A stretch of DNA of 64,000 nucleotides. Origin: Lama glama (lineage: Eukaryota). The translations under genes and the position numbers were made by a program. This document shows positions 11,646 through 24,216 of the stretch, in pieces (position 1 is the stretch's first letter; each line of letters opens with the position of its first letter). The DNA is taken from NCBI GenBank assembly GCA_028534125.1, contig CM052817.1, positions 37,450,001 through 37,514,000 of the forward strand, read 5' to 3'. The notes below the pieces were generated by a model. It was not told where the DNA came from. It searched no databases and saw nothing but the letters and a program-made list of their open reading frames with translations.

Positions 11646-14600
11646 ACTTGAACACACCCTGCAGGCTTCGGAAACAGCAAGGAAGCCAGGGAGGCTAGAG
11701 CTGCTTAGATACATTTGAGAAAGACTGCTTAACCGTAGGGTAGAGAGGAGTTCGTTTAAGCATTGTTTTACCTCTATTTCTTTCTCGAGTATATAGTATA
11801 TGTGGGATCAATCTTAAAATTTAAAAGCATATTAGTTTGCAGTGCCTACTAATGAGCTGCAGGGGGTGTCCGTTGATTTATTGTTGGTACCTTGGAAGTA
11901 GAAATGGAACCTGAGAGACAGTTAAGAATTGGTGACTCTGGCTGATAATTCAGGATTGATTTTAAGCAGATCACTCTGGCTGCTTTGTTGAGGAGAACTG
12001 TAATGTCCAAGATTCATAGGCCTGATGCTAGTTAACCTAGTAAAGTTGACCGATACCCAGCTAATCAGAGGCACGGCAGGGATTCAGACCCAGGCAGTCT
12101 GGCACCAGGACCCACGCATTGGACTTTCACTGCGCTGCTACCTGCAGGGTGCCTCCACTCCTGGTGTTAACCCCCTGTGTTATCTCAGGCACCACTGGCA
12201 GAATAATACTTTCCTTGCTCCTTTCAATTACCTGCTTTAGACGCCAAAACCCAGGAGGGAGCCAAGAACAGGGGAGAGCCTGTGTTCTGGCCAGTGGAGC
12301 CAGAGAAAGAGGAGCCTGGTCTTTCTGTCAAGCACAGTAAATCCTATTTCCTCTCAAAACTCACACAGGTACATTGTTCAGTAAAGGAAGTAGAGCAGAT
12401 CTTGGGCAGCCAAAAAAAGAAAAGGGAAAGAAGAAAAAGAAAACACACACACACAAAGTCAACTGTGTTAACTATGTGGAGTGATAGATGTGTTTATTAC
12501 CTTGATCCTGGCAATCATTTTATAATGTATATGCATACCAAAATCATCACTTTGTACACTTTAAATACATACAATTATATTTGTCAATTATCCTTTGATA
12601 AAATTGAAGAAAAAGAATTTGTCTTAGAGGTTTAGGCAGACAAAACAATTAAGGAGTTAAATTCACAGACAGGTTTAACATTAGGAAGTCAGTGTTTGAG
12701 CATGTGTAACAGATCCTACACTTCGAAATAATTCCTTTTTTAAAGATCCTGAATTTTGGTAGATTGATCTTTATTGCCTATGGGGGCTTATATGAATTCT
12801 AATTTTAGATTTTGGCTTAAAAAAAGAAGCTTAATTGTTTTAAGACAACTTTTACAACTGACAAAAAGAGAGGAATAACTTCTTTTTCCACATTTCTCCA
12901 AGCTGAGAATGTATACTTTTCATAATTGACTTAACTCTTCAAAGGAAAAGAGCTTTTCTTACACATGGAGGGAGGGGGAAAAGGGGGGACAAAGTTTAGA
13001 CTGCAGGGGCTGATCACAGAAACTTGCATACAGAAAGTGCTCAATAGATACGTGTTAATTGGCTTAAATTTAATTGAATTAAAGCTCAGGATGGAATATG
13101 GATCACTGAAATGAATAAAATTAAGAACATATGAAAGATGTTTTGAACAGGACTGAGCATCAAAGCCAATTATCAAGGACCTTCTGATATGGACCAAATG
13201 TCTCAATGGACACTTTGGATATGATCAAAGGTCCTGCAAAGTTAATGAATGTTTCATGTAAGTGGGTAATATAAAAGCTTTAAGTTGTAAAAAAGAAAAA
13301 AAAAAGAACATATCATATGGATATGGTAAACTTGGGATATATATCTCCAAAAGAAAAGACTTTAGGATTAAAAAAAATGGTATCCTTTTGTACATTAACT
13401 ATAAAGAATTCTTTACATAAATATACCAAAACACAAAATAGGTAAAATTATTATCATTTACTAACTTATTAAAGACTTAGTACCGTAATATTTATATATA
13501 GGATTTAGACAAATTCATGGAACCAAGCATAAAAACATTTCTGAGATCTATAATATTAGGTTTCATAAATGATACAAAGGCTTAGAAATCGTTCATATTT
13601 ACGGAGTCTCCAGCCCAGGTGTTTTGGCTTCCTAGTTAGACCCTTCCTATCAGAGCACATCACCTCTTCACATGGTCTTTCTCCTCAGGAAAAGAGTTCA
13701 ACTGATGTGATTTATAATGTATTTGAAAAGTCAGTAAAATGTGACTCATTTTAACAAATGAATAACTAGAGATCTATTGTTTTCTGATTGCTCCTACTCT
13801 CCTACCTACTCTTAAAGTAACACTATAAATAAGCATGAAATTGAAATGTCAATCGGGCTGAAGCAGATAAATCCTTTAATTAGAACTTTATAGGACGACA
13901 CTGTTACACTGCCAGAGGCCTCATATACTAAGCTGGGTAAAGATCTTTCTTCCTATTCTTACAACAAATGCTTTATGCTTGTGCAATGGAGGAATTCAAG
14001 TGTCGCTGTCAGGGGCTGAGCCCTCCTGATGTAAACAACTGTGTGGCAGATACAGGATAGTGGTGCTGTCCTGAGACCAGCCAGGGATCCCCACCAGGGA
14101 TCCAGGTTTTGTACTGGGGAGAATCCTAGGCTGTAAATCACATGCCATAGTCTTGGATCAGGATAATGGATTCTCATCTGCTTTGCCTCCCGAAGAACAG
14201 AATGGGTAACTGAGAAACTGTAACTTCTGCCTCTAAGGGGAGCAGCGAAGACTGGACACTAGCTGTGGCTATTAATTTCTGTTCTGGTCAGAAAATAATG
14301 TGTTTAAGGTACAGAAACCTACCCAATTGACCTCAAATAAAATGGATGTGTAGTGAATGTTGTTGCTAGGATGCAATGGAAATCTCATGGACAAAGGGAC
14401 ATATAGTCCACCCAGAAGATCCAGAGAACTCAAAGGAGGTAGGTCAGGAGTGAAACTGACCTGGGTTAAATTTGGCTCTGCAACTTACTAGTTGTATAAT
14501 TGTATGTAAGTCATTTTGTAATCCTATAAACTTTTCCCCTTAACTGTACTAGGGAAACCATTGTCTTCTTTCCTCCTAAGCTGTGAGGGTCAGATGTCAT

Positions 14601-15167
14601 GTCAGATGGCCAAGAATGATGGCTGGCATGGAGTAGGCACCCAACAATATGCTTTAAAATGATTCAGTGCTCTAAGTGTGGCTCATAGGAGAGTCATGGG
14701 GCAACCCTGGAAATAGAAGAGATGGTTTAGGGAGTAGGTGATGAATTATATTTTGGATATGTTGAAATTTTCACTGAACAGGATATTCAGGGAGGAAGTT
14801 CCCACAAACCATGCAAATGCAGGATATGAATTCAGGAAAGAAGGCAAAGCTGGCTAGAGAATCAGATTTGGGGCCCATGCAAAGAGAAGTGATAGTTACA
14901 TCAGCAAGAGGAGAGCTGTTGAGAGCACTGATGTAGAATAAATAGGGGAAGATGGGCATGCACATAATTAAGGGGAGGAAGAAGGGGAGGGAAACCAGGG
15001 AAGGAGTGGTTAGAGAGGTAAGAGAATTAAGAAGGTGCTTGTACAAAGGGGTTGAGAATATTTAGGACTTTCAGTGCTGTTAAGTTCTTTGGTGATTTTT
15101 TAAAAAGTACATTAAATCTTCATTAATTAATTAGGATGTTAAATGGGTAATTACTGCTTTCTAAGAA

Positions 15168-15358
15168 TTTTTTTTATTGAAGTACAGTCAATTTACAATA
15201 TTGTGTCACTGTCTGGTGTACAGCATAATAGTTCAGTCGTACATATATATACATACATTTGTTTTCATATTCTTTTTCAGTATAGGTTATTACAAGATAT
15301 TGAGTATAGTTCCCTGTGCTATATAGTGTAAACTTGTTTATCTATTTTATATATGTAT
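15168..15358 (-). mobile_element. L1 3' UTR fragment
   Basis: Same L1 3'-tail motifs as 11248-11517 and 40155-41640. Confidence 0.7.
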
Positions 15359-15895
15359 CTTTGATGATTTAAAAACTTTTGCAGATGAATTGCTTTATCA
15401 TTGTCTTAGAGCTGGTGTCATTCCTAGAGAAGTTTTGGGGGTAGCCATGAAAAAGTGTATGCTGCATCTGTAATTCATATATTAAAAGAAATAAAACATT
15501 GCTCTTTTAAATTAAAAGAGAATACATAATGAGAAATTAATAGAATGTTTGAAAAGGGGAGTTGTAATAATATTTACAAGTATATACTCTAAAACCTTGC
15601 CCTAATTACTAATTACAATCTTGGAGGAATGTATAGTGTGGTAGAGAAAGCAAAATATCAGTGTTGGGTCAAATCCTGTGATCTGCTTGAGGTGCCTGTT
15701 TTTTTCTTCTCTAATAACGCAAAAATCACATCACTAAATTAATAATAGCATCTACTGATGTGATAATTATATGAGACAATGTATATGAAGTACCTTAAAC
15801 AGTGCCCAATGCATAGTTAATGTTATCACACAAGTATTGTTTTTGTGTTAAGATTATTACACCTCCTTGGCAGTCCTCCTTGTACTTTAGTTTTA

Positions 15896-15909
15896 CCACT
15901 AGGTGGCAG
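15896..15909 (+). promoter_or_regulatory. Candidate CTCF-binding site
   Basis: CCACTAGGTGGCAG matches the CTCF core consensus closely. Occupancy cannot be seen from sequence. Confidence 0.55.
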
Positions 15910-16297
15910 CAATGCTCTCTTAACCAATTTAAATGAAAGGTGGCAACTTTCTGAAATAGTTGAGATCAGTGAAGATCTTTCTTTATTCAATAGGAAGATG
16001 TGTGTAGGGCACCAGAAAAACAGGGGGAGAGAGATTAGAGATCGAGATAGAGATAGAGAAAATAGGAGAGAAGGGAGAAAGGGAATGAAGGGAGAGGGAG
16101 GGTAGGAGAGAAGAGAGATGTTTAGAAATAATTTCATATTTCGTAAGAAAATACTGAAGTAGTGATTATGGGCAGGGGGAACAAGACCCATATTGGATAC
16201 CCTTCCACATTCTGTAGAATTTAGTGTTATTTTTGTTTACAAATACACATGGGGGAATGATGGTTATCATATACTGCTGACCCTTGAAAAATGAAGG

Positions 16298-16470
16298 TTA
16301 TATGTACCACATCTTCTTTATCCAGTCATTTGTCAGTGGACATTTAGGTTGTTTCCACATCTTGACTATTACAAATAGTGCTGCTGTGAACATTGGGGTG
16401 CATGTATCTTTTTGAATTAGAGTCTTCTCCAGATACATGCCCAGGAGTGGGATTGCTATATCATAGGGTA
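16298..16470 (-). mobile_element. L1 ORF2 C-terminal fragment
   Basis: Translation PYDIAIPLLG...CTPMFTAALF...WKQPKCP...WIKKMWYI is the conserved L1 ORF2 C-terminus. Confidence 0.85.
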
Positions 16471-17889
16471 CGTCTATTTGAATGATGAACATTTGTAATC
16501 TTATATTTTCTGAGGGCCATGAATCATGCAGTGTCTTAGCATGTGAACTTCTCCATAAGTTGGTTTGTGTCCTCCCCACATGGCAGCTGACCTCTTCCAG
16601 GGTTAGTGATCCAAGAGAGACGACAAGAAGGTTAAGCCACAATACCTTTGATGACCAAGTTTCAAAAGTCATACTCTAACTGCCACCATTTTTGTTTGAA
16701 GTGAGTCACATAGGAAATAACTAAACACGAGTGTCAGAAATAATATAAGTATACATAAATGAAGTTCCCATGTAGACAAATTAGACTATCTGGTCTCTCT
16801 CAGTGTGATCCTGGATCCACTGCATTCTTTCCCTGCATCTTGATTTCTTCATCTATACAAAGAGAACAGGTCACGACACCATGGCCACTTCAATTCTAAG
16901 GTGGCCTATCTCTGCCCCATCTGAGTGTGACTTCAGTTAATAACTTGGTCTCAGTTTTTTCATTTCTAAAATGAAATGATCCTAGAAGTGGCTTTCAAAC
17001 TTTTTAGATCCACTGTAAAAACAACTACAGTTATATTGAAATAGCGCATACACATAGGCATGTGTATGAGAAATGAAAGTTCCACAAAACAATTCTTAAA
17101 AATACTTATTTGCATGTTGTACTCTCATTCCCCTCCCCCAGGCTATGCTAATTAATTTAAAAAATTCAGGTCAAATCCTACTATGTTGATTTCACAATAC
17201 AAAGATAGCGTCACCATTCTTTGTGTTAAAATACTAACAGCCCCTTTCACTCCTGGCTTCTCAAGGGAGTCCTCATCTTCTAGTTTCTTGGAGGCACAAA
17301 AGTACCCTCTACAGGTGGGTCAACCCTGCCAGCCTGTTCTAATTAGGTAGGAGCTAGTATCAGAGGTAGCTTGTCAGGGTGGAAAGGGTATTGCGTTTAG
17401 CTCCAAAGTTGGCCCTATAACTCACCAGCTATCTGACCTTGGGCAGTCCTTTAGCCTCTCAGCGGAATCCTCCTCTCTACAATTCAAATAGTAAGTAATC
17501 CCTTGCCTATCCCGTAAAGTTTTCCTAGGTTCAAAATTAGATAATTGGGCACTTATCCTGTGGCAGAGAATATTTACAGACCCCATCTTTGACCCACACA
17601 ACCACCCTGTAATATAATAGAGTAGTTTATTTGTTTTATAGGTGAAGAAATGGAGGCCTAGAGAACTTACGTAGGCAAGATCTTAAAGTTAGCAAGTGGC
17701 AGAACTAGAATTCCAAACCAGTTCTGACTCCAAAACCCTCATGCAAAATGGAGGCAAACTATTTTCACCTGATATTAAGTCGTGATCATCTGACATATCA
17801 AAATATCAACACATTCTGAATCGCCCCGGTGTAATGACTTCAGAAAAAAATCCGTCAGGCCTTATTTTCTGATCCTATTTTGCTCTTAA

Positions 17890-18850
17890 CGCGGACCACG
17901 AGTTTCGAGCTTTAGCGTTTAAAACGCCTTGACGCACCAGGACGTCCGTGTGACCTCTAACAACGCTTCCGCTCCTCCAGGGGCACCCGTGAGACTCGCT
18001 CCCGGTCAACACGTCGGGATTGGGCACATTTCTGTAAGTGGTGCCCTCAGACCTCTTCTCACAGCCCCCTCACATCTGGAAGTGTGGTTTTCATGCAAAG
18101 GCCTCGCTTACAGCCCTCTCTTTCGCTGTGGGCTTTGCGCCGTCAAGCGTGACCCGGTCCTCGGCTGTGGGACACGGAGCACCCCGCCCCCGGCACCGAG
18201 GGGACCCCGCGGGGGCCTTATCCCGGGCCCGGCACCCAGGCTCCCTCGCGGGCGGGACCCGCACCACAAAGCCCTTTATTGAGGCCCGGGCTTGACGTGG
18301 GGCCGCCCCGCGGCTCCGGGCGCGAGCAGAAAGGAGGCGTGTGCGCGGCCATGTGCGCCTAGATGGGCGCGCGCTCTGCCCTGGATCCGCGCGGCACCGC
18401 CGCCCCCGACTCCCCCAACCCGCCAGACCCCCTAGTGCCGGTAATCAGGCGCCGGCCCTTTCTGCGGGGGTCCTGTCTCGCGAGGCCCGAGGCGCACCCC
18501 CCCTCCCCGGCGTGTGGGGTGCGGGTGGGAGGAGGAGCGAGGCGGGACGGCGCGCGAGAAGGCCCTCCCCTCTACTTCTTTTCCTCCCTCTCCTCCTCTC
18601 CCCTCCTCCTTCTTTCCCTCTCCCTTCCTCTCCTCCCCCTCCTTCCCTCCTCCCCCTCCCTTCTCCTCCCCCTCCCTCCTCCTCCTCCCCTCTCCCTTCC
18701 CCCCTTCTCCCCTCCTCTCTCTCTTCCTCTCCCCACCTCTGGCCCTGTGGCGGCCGCCGACTCCCCCCGAGCCGGTTTTTACTGGAATTTGCGCATCCCG
18801 CGGGGAGGAGACTCCGAAGAAGCGTGCTCATGAGGGAAAGTGGTAGTGGT
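17890..18850. promoter_or_regulatory. CpG island / promoter of C4orf36
   Basis: Dense CpG and high GC, GC boxes, TGACGT (~18293) and TCTCGCGAG (18476-18484), ~0.5-1.4 kb upstream of the first coding exon. Non-coding exon 1 boundaries not determined. Confidence 0.8.
18563..18740. repeat. Polypyrimidine/polypurine low-complexity tract
   Basis: 18575-18734 contains only C/T on the + strand. Confidence 0.95.
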
Positions 18851-19369
18851 ACTTAAAGTGGGCCAATTTTCAAGTTCAGATTTTTGAAAAAGGGAAAACC
18901 TGGGAAGGTTTGTATCCTTTAAAAGGCTTGGGCGGGGGACGGGAAGTTCCTGGGCCCTCAGAGCTATTTGTCACTTAAGATTGCTCCAGTCAGACACGTT
19001 TTGGTGGTAAGGTGTTTGAGCCAGTTTGGCTGGCTTAGGCAGTGACAGAGTATCAGGACGGAATGCCGATGTGTTAACCTGGCATTTTCTTCTTACATGG
19101 GAAGAAATGATAAAATGAGTTCGTGGAAAGTAAACGAGAACACAGTTCTACATTAGGCGTTCTGTTCAATGAACATTGATTAGGGACGTTCTGACATTTA
19201 GAAGTTTTGGGGGGAATAATCTTTTTATTATTTGAATATAAAACATATTCAAGTGCATATTTTATTTTAATAGTAATTAGATGTGTTGCAATCATTTCAG
19301 GCAAAGTGAACGGAAGATCTGAGTTACATCAGGCACCTGTGTTAGGAAATTGGACTGTAACAATTCACC

Positions 19370-19434
19370 ATGGCTTATGGTTTGCCAAGAAGGAATACAG
19401 TGAAAACCATTTTACGGAGCAGTTGTTACGAAGT
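19370..19434 (+). CDS. C4orf36: C4orf36 homolog, first coding exon (MAYGLPRRNTVKTILRSSCYEV)
   Basis: ACCATGG Kozak start. Upstream acceptor tttcag|G at 19300/19301 and donor GT|gtaagt at 19435. Peptide matches the recalled human N-terminus MAYGVPRKNTVKTILRGSCY. Confidence 0.9.
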
Positions 19435-22164
19435 GTAAGTATTTTTATCACGGTAAACACTGACCGTCGTGGAGAGTGTTCTTGTTAAAATAAAAGTACT
19501 GGGCATGCTTACACTAGGCTGTGTGCGGTGTTTTCAGGAGTTGGGGTATTGATTTTTTTTTTTAAAGAAGATGCTTTTATAAGGATATATAAATTTTCTT
19601 ACTTGGTCTTTACAACAAAACAACACTTTAAAATGAGGAAACTGAGGTTTGGAGAAGTGATTTGATCAAAGTCCCACAGTCATGTAGTAAGGAAGTGACT
19701 GGTTTAGAAGTCTGAGCCTTCTTACTCCAAAGCAACATTTTCTGCTGTAGACAACCACCTTAAAATACCTCTTTAGATAGTGTAAATCTACCTAAAATGC
19801 GTTGGTGCCAGGTACATCTTAACAGGACACTTAATTAGCAGATATAGACAGTCAGTTTTGCATTCTGTAAGCTTGGGCAGGCAATGTATGGACAACATGG
19901 GCTTTGCAGTTAAGAAGACCTGGGCTCAAACCCTGGCCCTGCCCGGGCTCCCTCTGTGGCCTTGAGTAAATTACTTAACTTCTCTGTGCCTTGGCCTCCG
20001 CGTCTGTGACGGAGGCCTGTCAATACCTGCCTATGCGGTGTGGACTACAAATGAAGTGATGTATGTAGAGTACTTGCACATTGCCTGAGGTATAGCCGGC
20101 CCTTAATGAACATGGTTTGCTGCCATATAGTAGTATCACTCTGTGGTATTGTCGTGCTACCTTGTTTTTAATTTTTGGATTTTTTTTTAACGTCTCTGCC
20201 ACAGTCAATGACATATTCACTGATGTGAGTCAATTAAATTTTACTTTTTGACAACGTTCTAAGAAGTATATGGATACACCTCACGGAGTTGGAAAACCAG
20301 AGAAAACTCACCATCATATTCTATTAAGATTTATCAGTTCAGTATGTGATTAGACCTTCAGCTGTAGGCAGATACCACTATAGTCATTATTATAAACATA
20401 ATTTTTATAACAAAGATATTCCTGTGTCTGAAGAATGATTTAAAGCTCTGATTCTGTGGTTTTGGTTATACAGAAATTTGTATCATAAATAATATCTTCA
20501 AAACCAGTGTCGTCTTTATCATTCTCACAGGAAGGTATTTGATATCAAACTATTTACAAGAGCAGCTAAATTAAGAGGAGAACAGTAGTAGCACTCTTTG
20601 GAGTTCATTTGCTAAAGTAGCTCCTCACCTTGGACTTTTCTTGGTTGAGTGTTTTTAGAAGATTATTAAACAAATACACTAAAAACATTCAAACAGTATA
20701 GAAGCATTTGGAAGGAAAATAAAAATATTCTCTCTCATATCCCTATTCCCATCCCCACCCAGTCCCACTCAGGTAAGATGTTTTATATTTTTCTAGAATT
20801 TCTGTCTGTTATACAAGATACAGCACACTGACACGTACACACATGTGTATATACACATGTATTTACTTGTGGGATTATATTGAACTTTGCTCCCTCTCCC
20901 CCCTACATATCCAGCACAGCCTAGTGGTTAAGAGCACAGATTCTAAAGTCTGACTTTCTGGGTTCAAATTCCAAAGCCACGACCAACAGCCTTATGATCT
21001 TGAGCAAGTTCTCTGTTCTTGTTTCCTAATCTGTAGAATGAGTATAATAACAGCACCTGCCTACTTCACGGGGTTACTGTGGCAATTAAAAGTATTTATA
21101 CGTGTAAACTGATTAAAGCAGCATCTAGCAGATAGTAGGTGTTAGGTAAGCATTAGCTGTTTTATTGCTTATCTTTCCAAGTCGGTATATAAGGATGAAC
21201 CTTTCTTTGATTATGTGTAATACAGTTTGTTTAATAACCAGGCTCTTCTTGATAGACATTAAAGCTATTTTGTGGGTTTTGGGAGGACAAACAATGTTTC
21301 ATTGAGCATTCTTGTAAATACATCTTTGTGCGTTTGTTCAAGTGCATGTATAATTGTAGACTTCAAGTCAGTCATTAAGCTTTGATGATAACGTAACAAG
21401 GAAGCTGGAGGAGGAAAGCAGACGGCATGTGTGCAATACCCTCACTTCCCCTACTTGTACCAAAGCAGGTCGTCCACCTTTCCTCATGCCTGCAGATGAG
21501 AAATGTAGCTGATAAGTTAAATTTCCAAATTAGGATACATAAACAAATCCATTAAAATTTCATTGATTATTTTAAACTATTGTAGCTTAGGATTTCATTC
21601 CCTTCTCTGGTTTTTCAAGGCTTCTCTTGGTACTAGTGCTTCTAAATATACCTAGGGTTCATACCAGCTCTGGTTCTCAGTTAACTTCTGAGTCTCCGTT
21701 TCTTTGTCTACCTCCATGGTGGTTGTAAAGATTAAAATCAGATCACATACTCAAAGCCTTAGTGTGTGCCAAGCATCCTGCTCAGTGCATGATTATTCCC
21801 TTTGTTCCTTCCCTAATGTGACCATATTTTTGATCAGCCAAAAAGGACTTGGAGCTTATAGTTCTTAACTACATCCTATTTAAAGACATGGAAAGATTGG
21901 ATTGACTCCCAAGGAGGCTGTTTTTTGAGCAAATGTTCCTGTCATTTTAACTTATGTTCATTTTTTTAGTATATCTCTACATTAGTTAACATAAAGCTCC
22001 TTCTCCTGACTTGATTTGCAACTCTGGGAAATCCCGAATACTCTCCTGTAAATAAACCAAAATGTGTAGTGGAAAATGGAACTGAAAATTAAGATGTCAT
22101 CTCTATATCCTTCAGTAGATGTCAATAAATATTTATTGACTGAATTAATGAACTTTTGCTTCAG

Positions 22165-22319
22165 ACAGGAACCCTGGGAACTTGCCCTGCTTACGAAGAC
22201 CTGGCACACAAACCTAGCCAACATCAAGTTGCCTTTCTTGGAAGAAATTGCATTTGGTGGTTCCATACGCCTCAAAAAATGTAAAACCACTAAGGATGGT
22301 CTGGTCCCTTCAGCAGAAT
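22165..22319 (+). CDS. C4orf36: C4orf36 homolog, second coding exon (QEPWELALLTKTWHTNLANIKLPFLEEIAFGG...SAE)
   Basis: ttcag| acceptor and |gtaagt donor, 155 nt, phase-compatible with both neighbours. Matches the recalled C4orf36 core QEPW...NLANIKLPFLEEI. Confidence 0.9.
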
Positions 22320-22553
22320 GTAAGTTCTGTTAAAACTACTTTAATAAATTGCAAATTTTATGTGCATTATTTTGATGATTAGAGAAATGTTCAAATCTGC
22401 TCATTCACACCCGTACTCCCTTTCTATGTAGTCCTGTCTCCTTGTTTAGGATTCAAGAATGTGAGTTTTGCTGTGTGGTAAATATTCATTTTTTACTGAA
22501 TTATGCTTGGTAAAAAATGTCAGTTGGATTGCTTCATGTATTTTATTTTTCAG

Positions 22554-22687
22554 CCATCAAACTAGAAAGGGAGTATGAAATGAAGCGCTTGGATAACCTG
22601 AAACGTCAGGAAAACGCGGCTGAGGAAATTTGGTTTTCCCTAAGGGAAAAGAAGATTGGTTTGAGAAGACCTCTTCCACCTAAGTGA
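22554..22687 (+). CDS. C4orf36: C4orf36 homolog, last coding exon (SIKLEREYEMKRL...GLRRPLPPK*)
   Basis: tttttcag| acceptor and TGA at 22685-22687. The three exons total 354 nt = 117 aa, the length I recall for human C4orf36. Confidence 0.9.
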
Positions 22688-23870
22688 CAGTCATCTCGTA
22701 ATTGAATCTGTACTCTCTGCTTCCTGCATCCAAAGAGGATGAAGGGCCCCGACGTTTCACTGTGTGAAGTTTGGTGCAGATGTCCGAATACCCGCTGGTG
22801 GATAGGCCAGCTCCCGTGGGCTAGCAGACAGCTCTGACAGATCTTCTGGGGTCCTGCCACGTGCTCGTACCTTCGTATCACAAGCGACAGCACTGTAAGT
22901 AGATGAAAATGCAGCCGGCATTGAATAGTCGTTTGTGTTCTTTATTTTGGTTTTTGTAAAATTGCACTAGGGAAAGGAAACTCCTTGTCAGAGACATTAT
23001 TTTAAAGAATATCTTGAGTTTGCATCTTTGAGGCCCCCAAGGGGGTACCAGAAAAGAGAGAAAGAAATTACTTTTAAAATTTTAAACTGAAAATTTTTAA
23101 TAAACATTGTAGGTTTCATTTAGTAACTCTCCAGTTTCTAGTTTTCAGTGAAACATCCTTTACTATTCTCATGTGGTACTTTAAAGTGGCAACTAGAACT
23201 TACTTTGTTTTTGTTCTCCAAAAAAATTGTCTTTTTCCATTTGCCTAATTTCATATTGTCTCCCTGAGATGCCTCTTGGAGCATGTGGAACACATATACG
23301 TATGTGAAAATGATATGAAAATACAAAGACTGCATTTGTGAGACCTGTTCCTTGTACAGAGGGGTTGGAGAATGGAGAATTGATTAACTGGAAAGAATTG
23401 GATTTGCATCAACCAATTTTCCTAGAATTTGAATCCAGGAAAGCACACTTGGATATGAAAGTTACATTTAAGCACAGTTTAGTGTTTGTTCGATGATTCA
23501 GCAGGCATTTTACGATCTTCTGGTATTTTTGCCTCATTATGAAAGTCGTAATGGCACAGTATTTAAGAGTCCATACTTTTGACCTGGCTGCTGCCTTCTT
23601 CAGATCCCAGCTTGGCTGCTTAGAGTGGTGTGACCTGGAGTGAGTTTCATTTTTCTTGCACGTGAGATAGAGAGAATACTGGTATTTACTTCCTTGACTT
23701 GTCACGAGGATTAAGTGGACACCACCTGGCACACAATGGGAATCACTCTAGTGTTAGCTGTCACTGTGAGCATCCCTTTGTGCGGCTGTGATCTCAGTAC
23801 TGAAGAGGACGATATCAGGCTGACTCTGTAGACTTTGTGAGACCAGAAGTCTTGAGTTTTCAAAAATTTG

Positions 23871-24216
23871 TTTTTTTAAAATATATTTTTATTGAAGCAC
23901 AGTCAGTTTACAATGTTGTGTCAGTTTCTGGTGTACTGCACAATGCTTCAGTCACCTAGGAACATATATTCATTCGTTCTCATATTCTTCTTCATCATAG
24001 ATTACAAGGTATTGAATATGGTTCCCTGTGCTGTACAGTATAAACTTGTTTATTGGATTTATGAGAATCCTCCTCTGTTTTGAAATGAGAGCCACTCTGC
24101 CAGAGTTCGGTAGGTGTTCTGTGCGATTCAGTGGGTTTGTAGATGTAATTCTTGGTGTATTTGTGGGAGAGGGTGAGCTGTGAGTCTCTCTACTCTGCCA
24201 TCTTGGCTTCACCTCC
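23871..24216 (-). mobile_element. Short bipartite L1-derived element: L1 5' end fused to L1 3' tail
   Basis: The minus strand starts GGAGGTGAAGCCAAGATGGCAGAGTAG...CAGCTCACCCTCTCCCAC (L1 5' UTR start with YY1 motif). It switches at ~24054 to an L1 3' UTR with AATAAA (23888-23893) and an A-tail. Degenerate TSD on both sides. Confidence 0.7.

Noticed and set aside
18341..18856. Several 110-171 aa Pro/Ser/Leu- or Gly/Glu/Arg-rich ORFs
   Set aside because: They are by-products of the CpG island and the C/T tract, open in several frames on both strands, with no recognisable domain.
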